Shown here: one piece after another, positions 51,085 to 60,932 of the stretch
How the letters are laid out: each line of letters opens with the position of its first letter
Numbering within the stretch: the first letter of the stretch is position 1
Source of the DNA: Myxococcales bacterium
GTDB lineage: Bacteria; Desulfobacterota; Binatia; HRBIN30
Direction of reading: 5' to 3'
DNA length: 64,000 bases
NCBI GenBank assembly: GCA_037445065.1
Contig: JBBILD010000005.1
Coordinates: 165,124-229,123, forward strand
Translations under genes and position numbers: made by a program
The notes under the pieces: generated by a model
The model's database searches: none
Told to the model about the DNA's origin: nothing
The model's input: only the letters and a program-made list of their open reading frames with translations

Positions 51085-52425
51085 GTGCGGTTTCTCCCAC
51101 ATACCGAGGATGACGTTGCGGCCATGCTGGCCGCAATCGGCGTCCACTCGCTCGACGATCTCTTCGCCGACATCCCCGCTGACCTGCGCGCTCGTGCCCG
51201 TATTGCGCTGCCCGATGGTTTGAGCGAGGCAGAAGTACGCGCCTACTTCGAAGCTCGGGCCGCACAAAATTTCGCTCGACTCGAACGCTGCTTCGCGGGT
51301 GCAGGAGCGTACCCGCACTTCGTGCCGGCGGCCGTGGACCACGTGTTGCAACGCGCCGAGTTTTACTCTGCTTACACGCCCTACCAGCCCGAGGTGAGCC
51401 AGGGAACCCTGCAAGCCACTTTCGAGTTCCAAACCCTGGTGGCCATGCTGCTCGGGATGGAGGTTGCCAACGCGAGCATGTACGATGGGGCTTCGGCGAC
51501 CGCGGAAGCGGTGTTGATGGCCCTGCGCTTGCGGCCCCAACGCACCCGCGTCCTGGTCTCCCGCGCGCTCCATCCGCAGTACCGGGAAACCATTCGCACC
51601 TACCTCGGCGGGAACTTCGAGTACGTCGAAGTGCCCGTGGATGCGAGCGGGCGAACCGATGTGGCGTGTCTGCACCAGCAGTGCGACCAGAACACTGCCG
51701 CACTGGTGGTCGGGTATCCGAACTTCTTCGGTGCGATCGAGAACCTCGCTGAACTGTGCTCGATCGTGCACGCCCACGGTGGCCTTGCCATTAGCGCCAC
51801 CTGGGAGGTGCTAGCGCTCGCCTTACTGCGGCCACCCGGGGAACTGGGTGCCGACATCGCCACTGGCGACGGGCAAAGCTTCGGCACTCCGCTTTCCTAC
51901 GGAGGACCCGGGTTGGGCCTCTTTGCTACCCGTCAGGAACTGCTGCGCGCCATGCCGGGGCGATTGGTGGGACAAGCCCAAGACTCTGCGGGCCGCCGCG
52001 GTTTTGTTCTCACCTTGGCCACTCGCGAGCAGCACATCCGCCGCGAGCGCGCCACGTCGAATATCTGCACCAACCATGGCCTCATGACCCTGGCCTTTAC
52101 CACCTACGCGTGCCTGCTCGGGAAACATGGACTCAGGCGCCTTGCCGCCCGCAACACCAGTCGCGCGCACCGCCTGCAGACAGCGCTCTGTGCCAAGGGC
52201 TGGGAGGCCAGATTTGCAGCGCCGTTTTTCAACGAGTTCGCGGTCGCCCACCCGCAGGCGCAAGCACGCTGGCGGCAAGCACTCGCACGCAACCTGCTTG
52301 CTGGTGTGCCGCTGTGGCGGTGGTACGACGAGTATCCGGATACACTGCTGCTGTGCGTCACCGAGTCGCCAAGCGACGCGGCCTGTGAGGAGCTGGTCGC
52401 GGTGCTGGCTGGGGAGGTGCCATGA
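51085..52425 (+). CDS. gcvPA: Glycine dehydrogenase subunit 1 (split GcvP)
   Basis: YTPYQPEVSQG, NASMYDG, GGPGLG, REQHIRRERATSNICTN. Start may be 51031. Confidence 0.95.
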   Translation: MRFLPHTEDDVAAMLAAIGVHSLDDLFADIPADLRARARIALPDGLSEAEVRAYFEARAAQNFARLERCFAGAGAYPHFVPAAVDHVLQRAEFYSAYTPYQPEVSQGTLQATFEFQTLVAMLLGMEVANASMYDGASATAEAVLMALRLRPQRTRVLVSRALHPQYRETIRTYLGGNFEYVEVPVDASGRTDVACLHQQCDQNTAALVVGYPNFFGAIENLAELCSIVHAHGGLAISATWEVLALALLRPPGELGADIATGDGQSFGTPLSYGGPGLGLFATRQELLRAMPGRLVGQAQDSAGRRGFVLTLATREQHIRRERATSNICTNHGLMTLAFTTYACLLGKHGLRRLAARNTSRAHRLQTALCAKGWEARFAAPFFNEFAVAHPQAQARWRQALARNLLAGVPLWRWYDEYPDTLLLCVTESPSDAACEELVAVLAGEVP

Positions 52426-53957
52426 GTCTTTCTCGGAGCGGCAAGCAAAGCGGCCTGGCGCTGGATGAGCCCCTGATCTTCGAACGCAGCCGCCCTGGGC
52501 GCATTGGTTGCGATGTGCCGGAAACGGAGGACGCCGAGTGGATGCCCCATTTGCCGGCGGCCTTGCTGCGCGACCCGATCGAGGGGTTTCCTGAGGTCAG
52601 CGAGCCGGAAGTGGTGCGGCATTTTCTGCGCCTGTCACAGTGGAACTACGGTGCCGCCACCACGTTTTACCCGCTCGGCTCCTGCACGATGAAGTACAAT
52701 CCGGTCGTGGACGAAGCCTTGGCCCGCCTCCCAGGTTTCGCCCACTTGCATCCGCTCACCCCCGACGAACTGGTGCAGGGAGCCCTGGAGGTGCTCTGGC
52801 ATCTGGAGCACTGCCTGAAAGAAATCACCGGCCTTGCCGCAGTGAGCCTGCAACCAGCCGCGGGCGCGCACGGAGAACTTACCGGCATGAAGATGATCCG
52901 TGCGTACCACACCCAGCGCGGTACGAGCCGGAGCAAAGTGCTGATCCCTGCGAGCGCGCACGGAACCAACCCTGCCAGCGCGGCGCTGTGCGGTTACAGC
53001 ACCGTATCGCTGGAGGGAAATCGCATCGGGCTCATCGAACCAGCGGCCGTGCGCCGCGCTATGGGGCCCGACGTGGCCGCCCTCATGATCACCAACCCGA
53101 ACACGCTCGGCTTGTTCGAGCGCGAAATGGTGCAAATCGCTGACCTCGTTCACCGGGGCGGCGGACTCGTGTACCTCGATGGCGCCAATCTCAACGCCCT
53201 GCTCGGGGTGGCGAAGCCTGCCGACCTGGGTGCGGACGTCATGCAAATCAATTTGCACAAAACTTTCTCCACCCCGCACGGTGGTGGTGGTCCGGGTGCT
53301 GGTCCGGTAGCCGCGGCGGCAAGCTTAGCCCCCTTCTTACCGGTACCGCGCCTTGTGCGCACCGAGGCAGGCTTACGCTGGAGCGAGGACTTTCCGGACT
53401 CGATCGGGCGCGTACGCACCTTTCACGGCAATTTCGGCATGCACGTGCGTGCGCTTGCCTACATCCTCGCCCTCGGTGGCAAGGGGCTCGAGCAAGTGAG
53501 CCGCCATGCGGTGCTCGCTGCCAACTACCTGCGCGTCCAACTGCAAGACACCTTTTCCCTTGCCTATCCCGGTTTGTGCATGCACGAGTGCGTGTTCAGC
53601 GACAAAGGGTTCGAGCCCTACGGTGTGAAAACTCTGGACATTGCCAAACGGCTGCTCGATTACGGGTTTTACGCTCCCACGGTGTATTTTCCCCTCGTCG
53701 TGCCGGGGGCGATCATGATCGAGCCCACGGAAACCGAAAGCAAAGAAACGCTCGATCAGTTCGTCGCTGCGATGAAGGAAATCGCCCGCGAGGCGCGCGA
53801 GCAACCGGAACTCGTACGCTCCGCGCCACACCGCACGCCCGTGGGCCGACTCGACGAAGCGCGCGCCGCGCGTCGGCCCGTCCTGCGTTGGCAGCCACAC
53901 ACGCGCGCGGCAGCCGAAGGAACGAGCCCGAGCAGCGAGCCTCCGCTTCGCGGCTAG
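52422..53957 (+). CDS. gcvPB: Glycine dehydrogenase subunit 2 (split GcvP)
   Basis: PLGSCTMKYNP, QPAAGAHGE, SAHGTNPASA, PLP-Lys motif NLHKTFSTPHGGGGPG, EPTETE. Confidence 0.96.
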   Translation: MSLSRSGKQSGLALDEPLIFERSRPGRIGCDVPETEDAEWMPHLPAALLRDPIEGFPEVSEPEVVRHFLRLSQWNYGAATTFYPLGSCTMKYNPVVDEALARLPGFAHLHPLTPDELVQGALEVLWHLEHCLKEITGLAAVSLQPAAGAHGELTGMKMIRAYHTQRGTSRSKVLIPASAHGTNPASAALCGYSTVSLEGNRIGLIEPAAVRRAMGPDVAALMITNPNTLGLFEREMVQIADLVHRGGGLVYLDGANLNALLGVAKPADLGADVMQINLHKTFSTPHGGGGPGAGPVAAAASLAPFLPVPRLVRTEAGLRWSEDFPDSIGRVRTFHGNFGMHVRALAYILALGGKGLEQVSRHAVLAANYLRVQLQDTFSLAYPGLCMHECVFSDKGFEPYGVKTLDIAKRLLDYGFYAPTVYFPLVVPGAIMIEPTETESKETLDQFVAAMKEIAREAREQPELVRSAPHRTPVGRLDEARAARRPVLRWQPHTRAAAEGTSPSSEPPLRG

Positions 53958-53976
53958 CGGCGCAAGGCGAGCGCGC

Positions 53977-55098
53977 TCAATTCGCGCGCTGTTCGGGCAA
54001 AGCATCCAGCCCCACACCAGCGATTCCTTGATACCCGATTGCCATGCGGCCGCTGCGCGGGTCCGGCACCGCAACGATCTGCAAGTCTATGAGCAGGACA
54101 AAGTGGATGTTGCCGTCTTCCGCTTCGGCCCCGGGAGGTGGGTTCGCGTCGAAAAACGTGTCCGGGCTGGTTGCGCTCAGCAGTATCCGGTCCGCACCGA
54201 ACGTGCTGGTGCTCTCCCGCCGCGCCACTCGCGCACTGACAAAGCGGCCGTGACGGTCCATCACCGCTTCCACCACGGCAAACTCGTGCCCTGGGCTACC
54301 GATCCCGCTACGCGCCGCTTGCCGCAAGCGAATATCGAGGTGCTGGAATATGCGACCTGCCACCCGGCGCACGAACGGTGCGAAGCGCTCGGCCTTGGTG
54401 TTGAGTAAGGTAATGTCGCCCTCGCGGATGCCAGGCAGAAAATCGGTCGTCCCCGGGTGGACTTGGAACACCGGCCCCCCGCCACGCAAAAAGCGGCGCG
54501 ATGCTTTCTCCGCAGCGGCCCCACCACCGCCGGCCTGCTCCTCCTTTCCCGCCGTGACCGGCAGATCGCCCACCTGCGGCAAGAGTTGCTCGAGCTTGGG
54601 CAACGAAGCGATTTGCTCGCGCCCTTCCGCTTCTGCGGAGCGCTCCGCGGTAACCTCCCTCGCTGCACCCCGCACCGCCTTGCGTGGCTGCGGCGACTCA
54701 TCTTCGCGCGGTGCGGCTTGCGGGCGAGGCGCCTGGCGCGGTGCGAACTCCGAAGCACGTTTGACGCTCTCTTCTGGCACCCGGTTGTCGCGGTCACTGA
54801 GCAGGCGGGTTTGCTCAGGCGGGGTCCTCTCCTTACCAGCATCCGGCGGATTCACGATTTGCCGCTCGGGGAGCGCAAGCCGGGGCTGGGCCGGCAGGGT
54901 TGGAGAGGCTGCCTCCGGGCGAGTTGCCGGCGCCGCAGCGGGAAGGGGCAGCGAAGCGAGATCCACCTCGATCGGCTCGGACGCTGGCTCCCGGTTGGGC
55001 AAGCCCCCGACGCGAACGAACGCGAGCAGCAAGAGGTGCAGGAGCAACGAGGCGAAAAGCCACCCGAACAGGGCGCGCTCGCGTTCCCAAGCTTGCAT
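53977..55098 (-). CDS. TonB-like energy transducer family protein
   Basis: N-terminal TM with SxxxH (ASLLLH), Pro/charged linker, ITLLNTK..FAPFVRRV, C-terminal TonB_C-like segment (FFDANPP). Confidence 0.72.
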   Translation of the reverse strand: MQAWERERALFGWLFASLLLHLLLLAFVRVGGLPNREPASEPIEVDLASLPLPAAAPATRPEAASPTLPAQPRLALPERQIVNPPDAGKERTPPEQTRLLSDRDNRVPEESVKRASEFAPRQAPRPQAAPREDESPQPRKAVRGAAREVTAERSAEAEGREQIASLPKLEQLLPQVGDLPVTAGKEEQAGGGGAAAEKASRRFLRGGGPVFQVHPGTTDFLPGIREGDITLLNTKAERFAPFVRRVAGRIFQHLDIRLRQAARSGIGSPGHEFAVVEAVMDRHGRFVSARVARRESTSTFGADRILLSATSPDTFFDANPPPGAEAEDGNIHFVLLIDLQIVAVPDPRSGRMAIGYQGIAGVGLDALPEQRAN

Positions 55099-55188
55099 TG
55101 TGCGAGCATGCTAGCGAGGCAGCTGCGGCAAGGTAAGCTCTCCGGGGATCAGCGCGATCCCTCCGGGCCTCGCCTCACACCGATCCGC

Positions 55189-55218
55189 TTGCGCTTGCCA
55201 CAAGCGCTTGCGTATAGT
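55189..55218 (+). promoter_or_regulatory. Putative sigma70 promoter of tatA
   Basis: TTGCGC-18 nt-TATAGT upstream of GAGGAG RBS. Confidence 0.45.
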
Positions 55219-55242
55219 GAACACCATTGAGGAGTCGCGCAC

Positions 55243-55452
55243 TTGTTCGGCCTCGGAATTGGAGAACTGCTCGTCATTCTCGTGATCGTCCTCATCATCT
55301 TCGGTGCCGGGCGCTTGCCCGAACTAGGGGAAGGGCTCGGGCGGGGGATTCGCAACTTCCGCAAAGAATTGCGCAAGCCGGATGCGATTGACGTCACCCC
55401 GGAAAAACGCGAGTCGGGCTCGCAGGCAGAACACCCCACCCATCAGGCCTGA
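55243..55452 (+). CDS. tatA: Twin-arginine translocase TatA/E
   Basis: [44 protein letters not shown] start with GAGGAG RBS. Confidence 0.93.
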   Translation: MFGLGIGELLVILVIVLIIFGAGRLPELGEGLGRGIRNFRKELRKPDAIDVTPEKRESGSQAEHPTHQA

Positions 55453-56471
55453 CGCCGCACGCTGACCACCTCGAGCTGCGCTTCTCGCAGGCGCTTGCCT
55501 TTCGGGTCCACCACCACGACCAGAAACTCCGCCGCTTCTCCCGGCCGCAACACGAATTCGTGCGCAGGCGCGTTTTGCTGCAACATGGAAATCTCTTGCG
55601 CGTTCAAGTCGCGCAACATTCGCACCGTGACCACGTTGCCACAAAACACCCGCTTTTCCTCGACCAGTCGCCCCTCGTCATTGAACACCTTGCCGGCGAT
55701 TTGCACCTCGCGCAGCGCAACTGGGTTGCGATTGAGCGCCCGCCCTGCCAACACCAGCGCTTGGTGTCCTCCCCGCAAGCGCTGCACCGAGGCGCTGACA
55801 TCGCTCAATTGCACGCGGCGACGGTAAATGCGTTCCTCGCTCAAACCCTTTCCGACCAGCGGGATGCTTTCCACGATCTCGCGTGCCTTGCGCGGCTGCG
55901 CAACCAGCGTGAGAGCGAACGCCCCATAAGCCGCCACCACCACGGCTAAGAAAACCAGAATGGCGCGCACCTTCGCGGCCTCGCGCTGCACAGGAGGGCG
56001 TACCAGTTCGCGCTGCGGTCTGGGCCGCCGGGGGGCGCGGGGCTGTTCCTCTTCGTCCATCCTCCAGTCGCTATCCTCCTCCCCGAGAACGAATTCCCCT
56101 TGCTCGTCGTCTTTCTTCGAAGCCCGCTGCTCAGAAGCAACAATCCGCTTCGGGCGCTCGCCCTGTTGCGGGCGAGCCACGCTAAGTGCTGCTCCGGCTT
56201 TTTCGTCGCTTTTGCTTTCCTCCTCTTCCGCTCGCTCTGCTGAGTCGCTATCCGTGCCCGCCGTGTCTGGTCGAAACAGAGGATTGGCCTCCTCCTCGGC
56301 CTCGGGGCTTGCCACCGGAGGCTTGCGGGGCGGGCGGCGGACCGGTGGGTACGAGAACTCGTGTTTGCACTGGCCGCAGCGGAGGCGAACAGACGGGCTG
56401 CGCAAGTGCTCGCGCGGGAGTCGGTACTCGGTCTTGCATCTGGGGCACGTGATCCGCTCATCCTCTGCCAT
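55443..56471 (-). CDS. MJ0042-type zinc-ribbon protein with acidic linker, single TM and DUF3426-like periplasmic domain
   Basis: [10 protein letters not shown]...[10 protein letters not shown] zinc ribbon; [39 protein letters not shown]. Confidence 0.82.
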   Translation of the reverse strand: MAEDERITCPRCKTEYRLPREHLRSPSVRLRCGQCKHEFSYPPVRRPPRKPPVASPEAEEEANPLFRPDTAGTDSDSAERAEEEESKSDEKAGAALSVARPQQGERPKRIVASEQRASKKDDEQGEFVLGEEDSDWRMDEEEQPRAPRRPRPQRELVRPPVQREAAKVRAILVFLAVVVAAYGAFALTLVAQPRKAREIVESIPLVGKGLSEERIYRRRVQLSDVSASVQRLRGGHQALVLAGRALNRNPVALREVQIAGKVFNDEGRLVEEKRVFCGNVVTVRMLRDLNAQEISMLQQNAPAHEFVLRPGEAAEFLVVVVDPKGKRLREAQLEVVSVRRQA

Positions 56472-56507
56472 CGCCGCCTCCCAAAGGTTGCTGAACGGAA
56501 GTCTAGT

Positions 56508-57248
56508 ATGACGAGCGACACAAAAAGCCAAGGGCCAAGCGGAATCGTTCGTGAGCTGTCGGTCGTGCTACCCGCCTTCAACGAGGAGCCCAACATCGAG
56601 CGCGTGGTGCGGAGTTGCGTCGAATACCTCGATCAGAGCGGCCTCGATTATGAGATCCTTGTCGTCAACGACGGGAGTCGGGATCGCACTGCCGAGATTC
56701 TCGAGCGGCTCAAGCAAGAGATTCCGCGCTTACGGGTCGAGCACCACCCACAAAACCGCGGCTACGGCGCCGCCCTGCGCACGGGGTTTGCCGCTGCGCG
56801 CAAGAAGTTCGTGTTTTACATGGACGGTGACGGGCAGTTCGACATCCGCGAACTGGACGTGCTGCTTCCCCTTGCCGCGGACGAAAACCACATCGTCACG
56901 GGCTTTCGGATCAAGCGCAGCGACCCGTGGATCCGCCGCCTCAACGCTCGCCTGTTCGGCGGCTGGTTGGTGCGCGTGCTGCTCAACGTCCGCGTGCGCG
57001 ACTTGAACTGCGCCTTCAAACTGATTCCGAAAAAAGTGTTGGACGCGATCACCCTCGAATCTACCGGTGCGCTCATCAACGCGGAGCTGTACGGCAGAGC
57101 TGTACGCAAAGGTTTCGGGATCAAAGAGATCGGCGTGCACCACTACCCGCGTACTGCAGGCACCCAGACGGGGGCACACCCGCTGGTCATCCTGCGGGCG
57201 TTTTACGACCTCTTCCGCCTGCGGCAAAAAATCGTTTCGGAACACTGA
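56508..57248 (+). CDS. GT2 polyprenyl-phosphate glycosyltransferase (DPM1-like)
   Basis: LSVVLPAFNEE, VNDGSRD, NRGYGAAL, MDGDGQF, DLNCAFK. Confidence 0.9.
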   Translation: MTSDTKSQGPSGIVRELSVVLPAFNEEPNIERVVRSCVEYLDQSGLDYEILVVNDGSRDRTAEILERLKQEIPRLRVEHHPQNRGYGAALRTGFAAARKKFVFYMDGDGQFDIRELDVLLPLAADENHIVTGFRIKRSDPWIRRLNARLFGGWLVRVLLNVRVRDLNCAFKLIPKKVLDAITLESTGALINAELYGRAVRKGFGIKEIGVHHYPRTAGTQTGAHPLVILRAFYDLFRLRQKIVSEH

Positions 57249-57318
57249 CGTCACCGGCGGTTCTCGCCCGCAGCCGCTCCCTCAGCACACCCGACCGCCG
57301 CCTGCGCGGCACCGAGGC

Positions 57319-60072
57319 TCACTTGCCGGGCTCAGGAAGGACGAACTTCTGGATGCGGTGGTTCATGGTGTCGCTCACGTAGACCGCGCCTTGCGCGTCC
57401 GTGGCCACCCCGATGGGCCGGTTGAAGTCCCCTTCCCCAGCGCCGCTCTTGCCCCACACGTAGACCAGCCGGCCGTCCTTGTTGTAGCGAGCCACACGGT
57501 GGTTGAAGGAGTCGGTCGCGATCAGGTCGTCGCCTAAAAAGGCGATGTACGGCTCGGTGTAAAATTCCTCCCAGCCCGAGACCGGATGCTCGCGCACGAA
57601 CGTGCCATCCTGCCGGAACACTTGCACGCGGCGGTTCCCTGTGTCGGCAACCACCAATTCACCGGCGGGGTTAAAGACCAACCCGACTGGCTCGATGAAC
57701 TCTCCAGGTCCAGAACCTTCTTTGCCCCAAAGCTGGAGTTGCTTGCCGTCGGCAGTAAAGCGCACCACGCGCTTGTTGCCGGTGTCGGTGACGAACACCG
57801 ACTGCCCATCCGGTGATACAACAATGCCGCGCGGTCCCCAAAAGCCAGAGGTTTGCTCGCGCCACTCGGTGACGAATTTGCCTTCGTTCGTGAACTTTTG
57901 GATGCGGTGGTTCCACGTGTCGGCAACGTAGACAAAGCCATCGGGTCCGACTGCGATCCCGCACGGGTCGTTGAACTCCCCATTGCCCTCGCCTTGTTTG
58001 CCCCAAGCCAGAACGGCTTTCCCTTCCGGGGACAGCTTCTGAATGCGGTGGTTTTTGCTGTCCACTACGTAGATGTAGCCGCTCGCGTCAACGGCGAGGG
58101 CACGCGGCTCTTCGAATTTCCCTAGCTCGCGCCCCCTTCCACCCCACACCGCCACTGGTTTTTCCAACGACGGCTGCAGGGTATACGGACGCGGCGCCGG
58201 CGGCGGGTTCACCTCGATGGGCACGATCGGCTGGTTGGGTTGGAGGTCCTTGAGCACGTACATCACGGCGTCGCTCGATCCGACTGGGCTCCAAGCTTCG
58301 CGCTTGAGGAGCCAGCGGGTGAAGGTCACCAGGTTCATCTTACTCCAGTCCGGCTCCCACCAGCCGCGAATGGCGAACGGCACCTTTTCGTATTTTTCGA
58401 GCAGCGCCTTGTCCAAGGCGGGTGCGGTTTCTTTGTCCACGATCACCACCGGGGTGTCCACGCGGCGCACATCGGCGGCCCAGTTCACTGGGTAGTGGCG
58501 AAGGTACCAACTCAGCGGCCAAGTCGCGTTGCCGGAAATCTGCAGGCGGGTGTTCGTCCCGGTGCCCAAAATGCGTCCCACTTCCTCGATGCGATCCAGC
58601 ACCATGTGGATGTCATAGGTGGACTGCACGTATGCCAGCATCTCCGCAGTGCGCGGCCCGGGCGCTTCAGCCGGCCGCGGCGCCCCGTAGAAGTAATTGC
58701 TGGCAATCAAGATCCAAACAGTGAGTCCGCCGAAGGCACTCAGCACCAGAACCGGCACAGGCCGCCGAAAGACCCCCCTTTGGATGGCTTGCGCGTACCA
58801 AGCCGCCGCCAAAATCGAGGTGGGCAGCAAGATGTTGAAGAGCAACCAAGGAACCTTTTCTTGCGCCCAGGAGTAAAAGCCAAAGCAACCGATCGTCCAA
58901 ATCGCCACGAAGCGAATCAAGCGACTCGGTAACCAGCGCCGCATCAGGGTAAGCCCGGCGAGCGCCAACGGCAGGAGGATCACCACCCCCGCAAGGTGCC
59001 AATCAATGAACAACAGCACAATGACGAAGGCAACGAAGGCAGCGCCGGTAAGCAGCCATAGCACTCGGGTCCCCTGACCCTCCCCATTACGGGGGGTGAT
59101 CAGCGGCACGAACAGATACACGAAGGCGGGAACGAAAATCAGGAACTCGTAAAAGGCCAACTGTGGGAAGTAATACCACCACGGGCCGCCAATCCGTTTG
59201 ATCTGGTGCTGGCCCCACCAATAGGTGAGCGCTGGGGTCACCGGGTTCCATTTCTCCGGGTGGGTGAAAAACGAAGTGTACAAGGTCAGCGAGAAAAGCA
59301 CGAACACGACCACGCTGACCACGATGGGAATCCAAGTGCTCGCCAAGAACGCGCGTACCTCACCCCAGGTCTGCTGGAACTGCGAGCGCCAATCGTCCGC
59401 GTAGACCACCTCCCAAAGCAACATCAGGATGAGGCTCAGGAACATGACCGGGATGAGGGCGTACATGTCCTCCTTGTTACAAAACGCGATGGCGAGGCCG
59501 ATCGCCGACAAGTACAGGTGGCGCGCCTGGCGGGAGCGGCCGTACAAAAAGGCAAAATACACGGCCATGATGTTCCCGAAGCTCATGTACACGTCGTGCC
59601 GCATAAAGCGGGTGAAGTAGGTGAGTGCGGGCGAGATGGTGAACAAGGCGAGAAAGGCCAGCGCAGTCAGGCGGCCGAGGAAGGCGCGCAAGGGCCAGGC
59701 AAAAGCCAGGATTCCGAAGCCGAACAGGACGGCACTCAGGCGGGCCGTGAAGTCGGAGTCGCCGAGCAGCTTCATCACCAACGCCGACGAGTAGTACAGC
59801 ACCGGGCCGTGGTAGACAGGGTCGTATTTGTAATGCGCGATGCCCTCATCCACGATTTTCCACGAGAAGAACGCGTGGATGGACTCGTCGTGGTGGAAGG
59901 GCCGCTCGCCCAGCCACAGCAGCCGGTTGACCGCGGCAATGACAAACACGGCTGCGTACAGCCACTGCTCGAAGGTGAAGGCTCCGAGCTTGCGGTCGAG
60001 CCAGGAAACCGTCTCCGCTGGCGGCTCAGCGACCGCCTCCTGCTGGTTGCGAAGGTGTGCTCTCTCTGCCAT
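57319..60072 (-). CDS. TIGR03663/Agl23-like GT-C membrane protein fused to an NHL-repeat beta-propeller
   Basis: HHDESIH, YDPVYHGP, RFMRHD, KED, EKVPWL, AYVQS, WPLSWYLR; six NHL repeats (F..P.GIAV...YVADT.NHRIQKF). Confidence 0.82.
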   Translation of the reverse strand: MAERAHLRNQQEAVAEPPAETVSWLDRKLGAFTFEQWLYAAVFVIAAVNRLLWLGERPFHHDESIHAFFSWKIVDEGIAHYKYDPVYHGPVLYYSSALVMKLLGDSDFTARLSAVLFGFGILAFAWPLRAFLGRLTALAFLALFTISPALTYFTRFMRHDVYMSFGNIMAVYFAFLYGRSRQARHLYLSAIGLAIAFCNKEDMYALIPVMFLSLILMLLWEVVYADDWRSQFQQTWGEVRAFLASTWIPIVVSVVVFVLFSLTLYTSFFTHPEKWNPVTPALTYWWGQHQIKRIGGPWWYYFPQLAFYEFLIFVPAFVYLFVPLITPRNGEGQGTRVLWLLTGAAFVAFVIVLLFIDWHLAGVVILLPLALAGLTLMRRWLPSRLIRFVAIWTIGCFGFYSWAQEKVPWLLFNILLPTSILAAAWYAQAIQRGVFRRPVPVLVLSAFGGLTVWILIASNYFYGAPRPAEAPGPRTAEMLAYVQSTYDIHMVLDRIEEVGRILGTGTNTRLQISGNATWPLSWYLRHYPVNWAADVRRVDTPVVIVDKETAPALDKALLEKYEKVPFAIRGWWEPDWSKMNLVTFTRWLLKREAWSPVGSSDAVMYVLKDLQPNQPIVPIEVNPPPAPRPYTLQPSLEKPVAVWGGRGRELGKFEEPRALAVDASGYIYVVDSKNHRIQKLSPEGKAVLAWGKQGEGNGEFNDPCGIAVGPDGFVYVADTWNHRIQKFTNEGKFVTEWREQTSGFWGPRGIVVSPDGQSVFVTDTGNKRVVRFTADGKQLQLWGKEGSGPGEFIEPVGLVFNPAGELVVADTGNRRVQVFRQDGTFVREHPVSGWEEFYTEPYIAFLGDDLIATDSFNHRVARYNKDGRLVYVWGKSGAGEGDFNRPIGVATDAQGAVYVSDTMNHRIQKFVLPEPGK

Positions 60073-60113
60073 ACGGACGCTTCCCGCGCGGCCCGGCCGC
60101 GCAAAGTCGAAGT

Positions 60114-60142
60114 CGTGTATATGCCACTTCTGACGTTGTCAA
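60114..60142 (-). promoter_or_regulatory. Putative sigma70 promoter of the TIGR03663-NHL gene
   Basis: Minus strand TTGACA (60142-37), 17 nt, TACACG (60119-14). Confidence 0.4.
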
Positions 60143-60161
60143 CTAAGCGACCGCGGGCAGC

Positions 60162-60911
60162 ATGAGCATTTCCATCGTCCTTCCGGCCTACAACGAAGCG
60201 CACCGGATTCTGCCTTCGCTCGAGAAGATCTTCGCGTATTGCCGGCAAAATGAGCCGGACTTCGAGGTCATCGTGGTGGACGACGGTAGTACCGACGGCA
60301 CGGCGCGGGTCGTTGCCGAGCGCTTCGGTACGCAAGCAGAGCTCCGCATCCTCCGCTACGAGCCGAATCGCGGCAAGGGCTACGCGGTGCGTTGGGGCGT
60401 GCGGCAGGCGCGCAAAGAATGGGTGCTGTTTTCCGACGCTGACCTCTCCACACCCGTCGAGGAACTAGCCAAGATGCGCCCGCTCATGAGCGAGGGCTTC
60501 GACATCATCATTGGCAGCCGCGCTCATCCGCACGCGCAAATCCTGCGCCGCCAGCGCTGGTTCCGGGAGTTGGCCGGCAAGCTGTTCAATGTGTTCGTGC
60601 GCTTGGTGGTCGGCCTGCCCTTTCACGACACGCAGTGCGGCTTCAAGCTCTTCCGGCGCGAGCGGATGCGGGAGGTGTTCGACTTGTGCGTGGTGGACCG
60701 CTTTGCCTTCGACGTGGAACTGCTCGCCGTGGCCGTGGCACTGGGCCGCCGCGTGGCAGAAGTTCCGGTCGTGTGGGAGAACTCGCCGCAGTCCACTGTG
60801 AGTCTGTGGCGTGGCCTCGAAGCATACACGGAACTGTTGCGCATTCGGCGGCGGGCGCGGGCGATCGAGAGCGAGCGGGCGCTAGCAGCCGCCACTGCCC
60901 GGCTGCCCTGA
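60162..60911 (+). CDS. GT2 dolichyl/polyprenyl-phosphate beta-glucosyltransferase-like (Alg5-like)
   Basis: SIVLPAYNE, VDDGSTD, NRGKGYAV, FSDADLSTP, IGSR, DTQCGFKLF, FAFDVE. Confidence 0.88.
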   Translation: MSISIVLPAYNEAHRILPSLEKIFAYCRQNEPDFEVIVVDDGSTDGTARVVAERFGTQAELRILRYEPNRGKGYAVRWGVRQARKEWVLFSDADLSTPVEELAKMRPLMSEGFDIIIGSRAHPHAQILRRQRWFRELAGKLFNVFVRLVVGLPFHDTQCGFKLFRRERMREVFDLCVVDRFAFDVELLAVAVALGRRVAEVPVVWENSPQSTVSLWRGLEAYTELLRIRRRARAIESERALAAATARLP

Positions 60912-60932
60912 GTTGGCAACGAGGGGAGGGTT

